Assembly (NCBI GenBank): GCA_963790205.1
Contig: CAWBNQ010000008.1
Coordinates: 1 to 64,000 of the forward strand
Direction of reading: 5' to 3'
DNA from: Nitrospirota bacterium
GTDB taxonomy: Bacteria; Nitrospirota; UBA9217
DNA length: 64,000 nt
The notes beneath the pieces are model-generated. The model did not search any database and was not told where the DNA came from. It saw only the letters and a program-made list of their open reading frames with translations. Of the stretch, positions 20,277 through 29,700 are shown piece after piece. Position 1 is the stretch's first letter. Each line of letters begins with the position of its first letter. A program made the translations under genes and the position numbers.

Positions 20277-22629
20277 CAACATCGAATTCGTTCCCACCTA
20301 CGGCAGCATCCAGGGCGCGGACATGTGCCTCCAGACAAAGCAGTGCAACGACTTCGATACTGCGTCACTTCTAATCGCACTTCTTCGGGCCTCGAATATT
20401 TATGCGCACTATTCCTATGGAACTATCGAAGTCCCAATTGATAAAGTCATGAACTGGGCAGGCGGTTTTACAGATCAGACATCAGCATTGAATTTCATCG
20501 CTAGTGGTGGGATTCCTGTTACAGGCCTCAGATCTGGAGGCATTATATATGCTGCACAGATGGAACACGTCTGGGTCAAAGCCTGGATAGACTATATTCC
20601 CTCACTTGGGGCAATTCAGAAACAAGGAAATACATGGATTCCGCTTGATGCCAGTTTTAAACAGTATTCCTACACAGATGGGGTAGACTTACAAGCAGCC
20701 GTACCCTTCGACGGCCAGAATCTTGCCGATCAAATAAAGGCGAGTGCCACTATCAACGACCAGGAAGGATATGTAACGAACGTCAACTCTTCACTCATTC
20801 AAACAGCATTATCGGATTACAACGCCCAGCTCGAGAACTATGTGGCGCAGAACTTCCCAAATACCACTGTTGGCGATATTCTTGGGAAAAAAGAAATCAT
20901 CCTGAAATCGCAACCTATCCTTCCAGCCAGTCTGCCTTATAAGGTAGTCGTGATCGGAACAGAAACAAGCGCGGTCCCGGATCAGCTCAGGCACAAGATC
21001 ACCATTCAACTTACGGATACTGATAATCCTGGGAGCCCTGCCTTTACCTATACGACCAGCTTGCCTCAATTGGCCGGGAAAAGATTCACGATCAGCTATA
21101 ATCCCGCCACTGATGCAGACCAAACGACTATTAATAGTTATGTTGAACAATACGCTACGAGCATACCCGCCTATCTTGTGCAATTTAAACCGGTTCTGAA
21201 AATAGAAGGCACCACAGTCGCTACCGGTGCGACCGTCGGAATGGGGAAAGCCCAGAACCTTACGATTTCTGTTGTCTCTCCGAATAGCACTGAAATGGTC
21301 ACTCACAACCTGTTGGCTGGAGACTATTCAGCGATCGGCATAAATCCTTCGAAGATCAACCTTGATGTTCTCCAAAACAGAATCAATAAAAGTGACTTCT
21401 CCGAACCCGTCGGCGAAATGCTTCACCAGACAGCCCTTTCATACTGGGCTGAGGCGGATGCGTTCAACGATATTACCGCGAAGACATTGCGCGTAGACAG
21501 CTTCCGGCACCCGTCAGAACTTGCGGCCTCAGCCAAAGTATCTGTCACGTATATTTGGGGTGTTCCGAGTTCAGCTGCGTATAATCACATAAACATTGAT
21601 GTGAAATTTGACAATCAGACGGTTTTCAGCAAGTCGGCAGACAAGACGAAAGAGTTTAATTATATGCAGCAATCTGGTGTCAACTCTTCTTTCCTCGAAG
21701 GCGCAATTATGGACCAACTTTATGGAAGGACTATTGGTGACAGCATTTCTGCTGTAACAGCGCTGAAGGCGGCAAATGATCAAGGCATCCCAATCTTTAA
21801 AATTGATTTGTCAAATATTACGGTGATACTGCCGAATCTCCAGATGACAGATGCTATCAAGACTGAAATATCGAATGCAATTAATGGGGGGCTTACGGTT
21901 CAGATACCGCAGACGAACATCACGCAATCCGGCTGGACTGGCGTGGGTTATATCGTTTCTAACCCAACAGATGGGAGCGGTGCGTACAGAATTAGTGGTG
22001 GCTTGAATGGAGGAGATAGCAGTACAAATACAAGTACCGTGTATCCTATAGCACCAGTGCCGGCAACGGGTGTTGGAGCAATGATTCTTGGATCTATAGC
22101 GGATAGTAGCCAAATTATGCTCAAGGTCGTTGGGGGTGTTATTGTAGGAATTGAGTTACCTGCTTGGTTAGTGATAGGAACGATAACAGCGTTTGTACTC
22201 GCCTTGATCGTTGTAATATCGGATGCCATTTCGAAAAGCAGGTCTCCTGAGGATTGGATAACACTACGTCACTATACAAAATATTTTGTAGTGCCTATAA
22301 TTTCTGTCATGGGATTAGAATCGGATACTGGCCAAATATTCCTGACCGATCTGCAGTTGTCTCCAGGTGGTTCAAGGCCGGATGGCACTCCAAACAATGT
22401 TTACATTGCAAATGCTCTCGAACTCATGGATAAAAATGGTAATAGAGATACCTCAAAGGGAACCGGCTACCTTGAATTACAGATAAATAGGGCAGCATTT
22501 AATGGACAGCCTCATATATTGAAACCGTGTGCAATACAGGACGTTCAACCGTGCAATGAATGGATTTTTCCGTTTCCTTATCTCGAAATTAACACATATC
22601 GAGTAAAATTAATAACAACGTATCCATGA
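20277..22629 (+). pseudogene. secreted transglutaminase-like protein, 3' part, with hydrophobic linker and C-terminal ADP-ribosyltransferase-like (HYT) domain
   Basis: PTYGSIQGA, DTASLLIALLRA, EHVWV, WIPLDASFKQY, GAYRISGGLNGG, a hydrophobic stretch, then LRHYT...IFLTD...YLEL...NEW. Confidence 0.8.
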
Positions 22630-22644
22630 TGAAGGAGTCTAATT

Positions 22645-23661
22645 ATGAGAAAATTTGCGGAAGCGAACGGCCCAACAGCGCTATATACAGCACAAAATTA
22701 TCTTTTTGCAGTAGGTCGGGAAAAAACAGTAGAAATTTATGACGTCACTGTTAAGGAATTACCTGCTCATGTTGGATCTGTGCCTGTTCCGAATGTTGAG
22801 TATGCGATTAGGCTTCTTTTAGAGTATAAGAAAAATCAGTTTATCTTTGCTTCCAGTTATATTGGATCCTATCTCGTAGATATCAGCAATTTATCCCAAG
22901 TAGCAATATCAAAAGTCTTGTCAATTGCCCCAATGAAGATGCAAGCATGCAAAGAAGATTATTTTATAGTGGCTTCAACGACGCGTGGCGGGATATTTCA
23001 ATTTGTACAAGACACTGAAATGAAAGAGACAAGCTTCATAGATAAAAGCCTATGGGATTTTTTGCTTTTCAATGACACTCTTTTCTGCGCTTGTTCAGAA
23101 GCCGGATTCAAAGTTTTTGATATTTCCCGCTTGAAAAAACCTGTGCTCCTGTCACAGCCACTTGGCAGTTTTTTTTGTACAAGCCTTGCACCTTTAGACA
23201 AAAATACAGCTGTCGTTAAGGACGAGCGAGGATCAATTTATTTTGTGGATATAACAACTCCGGCAAAACCGAGACAACTATCGCAAATAGAGGGCGCGTT
23301 ATATCCATATAAGAGTTTTTTTGTTAGTTATCCTTATTTAATTGTTCGTATGAAAGATGACGATAGGCACATGATTAAAGTTTTCGATTGCTCAAAGCCA
23401 ACTAATCCCAAATTAGTCTTTACTTATGCCGCGCCACATATCGTTTACGTTACCTTCAAAAGCCCTTATTTCGCAGGGTGGGGACTTCAGCAGGATGTAG
23501 TGCAGTCAAAATCTAGCTTTGAAATCATGAAAATTGATAAAGAAGGAGAACTCCAAAAAGTAAAGTCGATAGCTGAACCAGTACAGGTGTATTCTGCAAT
23601 TCTTATGGAAGAGCATGCTTATGTTGCGAGAGATGATGGAATATTCGTCATGCCTCTTTAA
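22645..23661 (+). CDS. LVIVD-repeat beta-propeller protein, candidate immunity protein
   Basis: Repeated V(F/Y)D(I/V)S/T..P units (DISRLKKPVLLS, DITTPAKPRQLS, DCSKPTNPKLV); no signal peptide; very AT-rich; AAGGAG RBS; 15 nt after the toxin-like stop. Confidence 0.7.
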   Translation: MRKFAEANGPTALYTAQNYLFAVGREKTVEIYDVTVKELPAHVGSVPVPNVEYAIRLLLEYKKNQFIFASSYIGSYLVDISNLSQVAISKVLSIAPMKMQACKEDYFIVASTTRGGIFQFVQDTEMKETSFIDKSLWDFLLFNDTLFCACSEAGFKVFDISRLKKPVLLSQPLGSFFCTSLAPLDKNTAVVKDERGSIYFVDITTPAKPRQLSQIEGALYPYKSFFVSYPYLIVRMKDDDRHMIKVFDCSKPTNPKLVFTYAAPHIVYVTFKSPYFAGWGLQQDVVQSKSSFEIMKIDKEGELQKVKSIAEPVQVYSAILMEEHAYVARDDGIFVMPL

Positions 23662-23701
23662 AGAAATTGGGAGACTACGGGATATGCGTTCAGGAGGTCG
23701 T

Positions 23702-26700
23702 ATGCTAAAGCGGATTCTATTTGGAATCATCCTTATATTTTTGTCGGCAAGGGCAGGTTTTGCCCAGCCAGCCACAGTGGCATCCGGCATAAACTGGCTC
23801 ATCGCAAATCAGAACGCCGATAAGAGCTGGGGCGGAACTTCATCATTGGTGACGCCGTTTAATACGACAGCCGCAGCCGTCTCAGCTTTGAAAATGTGCG
23901 GCAATACCGGATCAGCCGCTGTTGATGGTTTGAATTGGCTGAACGGACAAACTCCTGATTCTGTCAATTACACTGCTGATAGACTTCTAGCAAATGCCCT
24001 CGCCGGCCTTGACACTACAAGTGGTCTAGGCCAACTCGTCACTTGGAAAAATAATATAGATGGCTCGTGGGGATTAGATGGTGAGTATTCAAATGATATT
24101 GTGGAAATCGCACTTACCCTACAAGCTCTTCATGCCGCAAATTATTCCGACTATTCTAGCCTATTCCAAACAATCAACTTTCTTACAGCAAATCAAAATT
24201 TAGATGGTGGGTGGGGTGCCTCGACCGGAGATGCCAGCAACATTTACGTCACGTCAATGGTCCTCCGGGTACTGTCCGCAAACAGCACCGTCTTCTTCAT
24301 CAATCAAAACATCATCTCTCAAGCCTCTGCCTTCCTGCTCGCCCATCAAAACACCGACGGGGGGTTCGGGGATTCTCCTTCAACTGTTTACGCTACGGCT
24401 CTATCTCTCATGTCCCTGATCGAAAGCGGCCAAGGGAGCACGCAGACCATTTTGAACGGCATCACGTACCTCGCCTCATCCCAACTCGCTGACGGCTCCT
24501 GGAACGACGATCCCTATTCAACCGCACTTGCTCTCCAGGCCCTTGCAGAAGCACGACCGAACCTTACGGTCTCAACCTCCGGGATCACCTTCTCGAATAC
24601 CATGCCCCTATCCGGGGCCACGACGACCATCAGCGCCGTGATAAGCAATACGGGATACGACAACGCATCGAACGTGGTCGTCCGTTTCTATTTCGGCGAT
24701 CCAGCGGTCGGCGGAACTCAGATCGGCACGGACCAGATACTTCCGTTCATAGCTCTTGGCTCATCGGCCCAGGCGTCAATCACAACGAGTTTCAGCGACA
24801 CCGGTGCTAAGACCATCTTCGTCGTCGCTGACCCTGATAACCTCATATCCGAAACAAACAAGCTCGACAACAAAGCCTCAGCCCGGCTCTGGGTGGCAAC
24901 CGGCCCGGACCTCGCGGTTTACTCCGCGGACCTTATACCCTCAACCTACGTTCCAACCGCGGGAACCGCGTTCACGCTCAACTACACCATAAGAAATCTA
25001 GGCGAGAGCCCTGCAGGTGCATTTACCGCGGCCTTGTATGACGGCGACCCGGCAAACAACGGCGTTCTCCTCCAGACCGCCGATATCTCCGGCATAAACG
25101 GAAGCGACATGCGTGCCGGGACCTTAGGCGTCACGCTCACGACGAACGGCTCCCATACGCTCTACCTTGTCGCCGACTCCGGGAACGTAATCACCGAGAT
25201 ATCCAAGACCAACAACACCGCCTCGGTCACGGTGAACGTGGGCGGGACGCTCACCCAGGCCGATCTGACAATTTCACCCACGGACATTATTCTAAATCCC
25301 TCCCGGCCCCATGCAGGCGACACGGTCCAGATCGCCGCAAATGTCCATAACACCGGCGCTGATGCGGCAAATAACTTCACCGTCGAGATCTTCGACGGCG
25401 CGCCCGAATCGGGCGGCACGCTCATAAACAGCCAGACGATCTCCCTTGTCGCCGGCGGGTCGCAGCTTGTAATCGCCAGCTGGGCCATACCCACGGGCAT
25501 CCATGATGTTTACGTGATCCTCGACCGGGCCAACCAGATCGTCGAATCGAACGAGAACAACAACCGCGCGTCAGTCAGGATCATGACCGACATGGTGGAC
25601 ATAGAAATCTCCGCCACAGACCTCGTCTTTAGCCCTGCCCATCCTGTCTCCGGAGACGCCGTAGCCTTCACCATCACCGCGCACAACACCGGCATCAAGG
25701 ACACCGGCCCGTTCAACCTTGCGCTCTATAACGGCGACCCGAGCGCAGGGGGAGCACTTTTAAATACGTATGCAGTAGGGAGTATACAGGGGGATGGGAC
25801 AACTGCGTTCACGTACACCTTCATTGCGTCGCCCCAGGTTTACCGGTTCTATGCCGTGGCTGACCCCGAAAACGTGGTAGCCGAGATGTACGAAGACAAC
25901 AACACCGCCGTCCGCTCGCTCACTATCAAAGCACCGGGCGAGACCCTGGGCCCCGACCTCGTTCCGATCAAGGTCGACCTCACGGACACCACAACCGATC
26001 CCCAGACCCTTGCCATCTCCGGCACGGCCCACGTCACTTTCCAGAACATCGGCGACGACAAGATAACCGCGCCCTTTAACGTCATCATTTTCGAGGACAA
26101 AGACGGAGACGGCAAATATACCGCGGGCGTGGATAACCTCCTCGGCACAGCCACGAACACGATGACCCTCTGGCCCGAAGACGCCGGCATGATCGATCTG
26201 CCGCTTTCCGGCGCGGTCACGTTCCTGCACTCGCCGCTCTACGCCTTCGTGGACTCAGGCGACGCCATCCTGGAGCAGAACGAGGACAACAATATCCTCG
26301 TCTCCTGCAAAGACTGCCAAGTCGTGCCTACGAACCCGATACAACCAAAAGTCAAGTGGAAGTGGGGGCTGCCTAGTGCCACTTGGTTGTTGTTGCCACA
26401 ACCTACAATCATGCATTTGCGGGACACGAACGGTGACGGAAAGATAGATCAAAATGATGTTCCCGACATCGTACTCGTTACGCTGCAAACTTATTATTAT
26501 TTTGGGAAAATCTGGGCCTTCAAGGGTGATACGGGGGAGAACTACTTTTCACTCTACGATACGAACCATCCGGTGGATACGCTCTCCTATCTTTCGTCCG
26601 GCGACATCGACGGTGACGGGAAACCAGAGATCATTTTTGAAACTCCAAACCCCATCTATGGTTATGGATTGGTCGTCTACAACAACGACTGGACCTTGAA

Positions 26701-29700
26701 GTGGGACGATAGTGCTCAAGTCCAGGCATGGAAAACAGCCCATCCACCAAGCCCCGGCGGCAATTTTTACCCCACTATTTCTCAGAGGAACGTTACCGCC
26801 ATTGCCGACCTCGATGGAGATGGGAACAAGGAAATCGTCTCGGGACCGACAGTAATAAACGCGGACGGCTCGGTCCGGTGCGCCGGCTATAACTCGTATA
26901 ATGGCAGCGGGAAAGGCTACTTCAATGTATATGGAGGGGTATTATATGACTTTGCCGCGGTCGCCGATCTGAACTTGGACGGTCAGCAGGAGATCGTGGC
27001 CGGGAATGCAGCGTATGACAACAATTGCAAGCTCCTCTGGTGGAAATCTTCGCTCCCCGACGGGGCAGTCGCTATCGCCAATTTCGACGGCGATCCCTAC
27101 CCGGAAATTGTTTTGGAAGGATACGTTTCAGGTGATGCTGCGGTTTATCTTCTCGACCACGCGGGTAATATCAAATGGGGTCCGGTATCCGTAAGACAGC
27201 TCCTTGGAAATAACTCAATTGGTAGCTTTGCCGCAAGTCCGCCAATTGTGGCAGACTTCGACGGGGACGGCAAGCCGGAAATAGGGATCAGGAGCGAGAA
27301 TAAGATTTTAGTCTTAAATAAGGACGGTCAGCTCAAGAATACTCTCACGATCCCGAATTATAGTACCAGCTCCGCCCGGAGTGCGGCTCCTACAGTCTTC
27401 GACCTCGACGGAGATGGCATCCCGGAAGTGATGATAAACAGCGGTGGCTACTTCACGATCCTCTCTGGGAAAGACGGCACAGTTTTGTACCAGGACCTTT
27501 TTGGCGGCTATGATAACGTTTTTCCACAAAACGTGCTTGTCGCGGACGTGGACGGCGATGGGCAGGTCGAGTTGGTAGTGACCGGTCATGATGATAAGAA
27601 CAGTCTCGAAGCAATGCGCGTCTACCATTCGTCCGATCCCAATCATCCCTGGAGCAACGGCCGCACCGTCTGGAACCAGCTCAGCTACCACGTCACGAAC
27701 GTGAACGACGACGGCAGTATCCCGCAGCATGAGGCGCCGAGCTGGCTTTTAAACAACTCGTTTATGACCCAGGCGGGCATCGGGAGAAACCCGAACCCTT
27801 ATCTCACGCCGAACCTCACAGCCTCTAACATGCGCATCGAGCAGGCAGGCTTATCGGTCAACCTCGCGGTCAGGGTCGGCAACGGTGGTGCAGTCGCATC
27901 GGGACCAACTGTCACCGTCACGTTCTACGACGGCCCTTCGACAGGCTCAGGGCAGGCTCTCACGGATGCAATGATCATCGGAACAGCATCGACCACACAG
28001 GTCCTTAATCCCGGCCAGTTCCAGGACGTGGTCTACAGCTGGTCCGGAGGAAGCCTTGGCCTCCATCATATCTATGCAGTCGTGGACGCGGCAAACGCCA
28101 TCACCGAATGCCGCAAGGACGACAACCAGACCGCAGCAGACGTTACCATTGTCGTCGAGTACCCGGACCTCACGATCATCCCTCAAAACATCGCGTTGCC
28201 CGTGGGTCCCTATTACGAAGGGACCCCCATTCCGGTCACGGCGACAATAAGCAACATCGGCGGCCTTGCGGCATCGAACGTCGCTGTCCGGCTCTACAAC
28301 GGCAATCCTTCGGCAGGCTCAGGACAGGTCCCGGGCGGAGTGCAGGTCGGAGAGGACCAGGTAGTACCATTGATCAACGCCGGAGGGTCGGCCTCTGTCA
28401 CATTCAGTTTTAACACGCTTGGCGATGCCGGAACGAACGTGCTCTACATCGTCGTTGACCCGGCAAATGCCATCGCCGAGGTAACCAAGGCGAATAACAC
28501 CGCCTCCATGATGATTCTGGTCCAGCAGCCCGTGCTTCCCGATCTTGCCGTCTCAGCAACCGACATCCAGCTTACGCCAACGGCCCCCCGGGAAGGAGAT
28601 ACCGCCACAATAACGGCAGTGATCCATAACTTCGGCACAACCGTAGGCAACATCCCAATAAGCTTCTACCTCGGAAGTCCAACAGCCGGAGGGACGCTCA
28701 TAGCGAGCCAGACCATCTACCCGGTTGTGGCTTCAGGCACGACGGCAACCATCCAGGCGAGCCTGGATACCACCGGCTGGGCAGGTCAGCAGCAGGTCTA
28801 CGTGGTCGTAGATCCTGCGAATACCATAACCGAAAGCAACAAAGGCAACAACAGCGCCTCCCAGCCGTTCTTTGTCCAGTCGGCAGGGCTCAACGCAACG
28901 GTCGCCACCGACAACGCGACTTATCCGGCAGATTCCGTCCTGACCGCCGCGATCACGGCAAGCGACGCCACCGGGAGCACCCGGACCCTCACCCTCGGCC
29001 TCTATGTCCAAGACAGCGCGGGAAACCGCATCGCGACCATATCATCCGCTGATCCCGTAACCGTGGGCCCGAACAGCAGCGTTACGCTCACCCGGACCTG
29101 GAACACGGCAGCAACTCTTGCCGGCCAGTACACGATGCTCTGCGAACTGTCCGAATCAGGCAGGGTCATATCCCGGAAGAGCGCCGGGTTCACGATCACC
29201 CCGGACATCCGCATGAGCGCGGCCGTTACCACGGACAAGATATCCTATAACCCCAATGACACGGCGGGCCTCACCACAACCGTAACGAGCCAGAGCAGGA
29301 ACACCATTTTCGGGAGCCTGACGGCAGAAGTCAGTATGCAGGATGCAGTGGGCAGCGGGCAGGTGTTCACGGAAACGAGGACCATATCGACACTCATGCC
29401 CGGCGCAACGTTCACGTTCAAGAGCTACTGGAACACCGGGACCTATGCCTCCGGGACCTATCCCGTCACACTCATTGTACGAGATTCAACCGGGGCGGTT
29501 CTTGCCACGGGAACGCAGACGCTCACGATCACGAACGTCATAAACCCCACATCGGTCCTCCGGGGCCAGATCTCCGTGGGCGCCCAGGAGCTTCTGTCCG
29601 GACAGACCTCGACCGTGTCCTACAATGTCACGAACGTGGGCAACGCCGACCTTCAGAACGTTACGCTTACCGTGCTCACGGTAAATGTCTCCGACCAGAC

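Noticed and set aside
23765..24545. Squalene-hopene cyclase call for the giant protein
   Set aside because: Only QW-like repeats; no DxDD catalytic motif was seen, and the protein is secreted.
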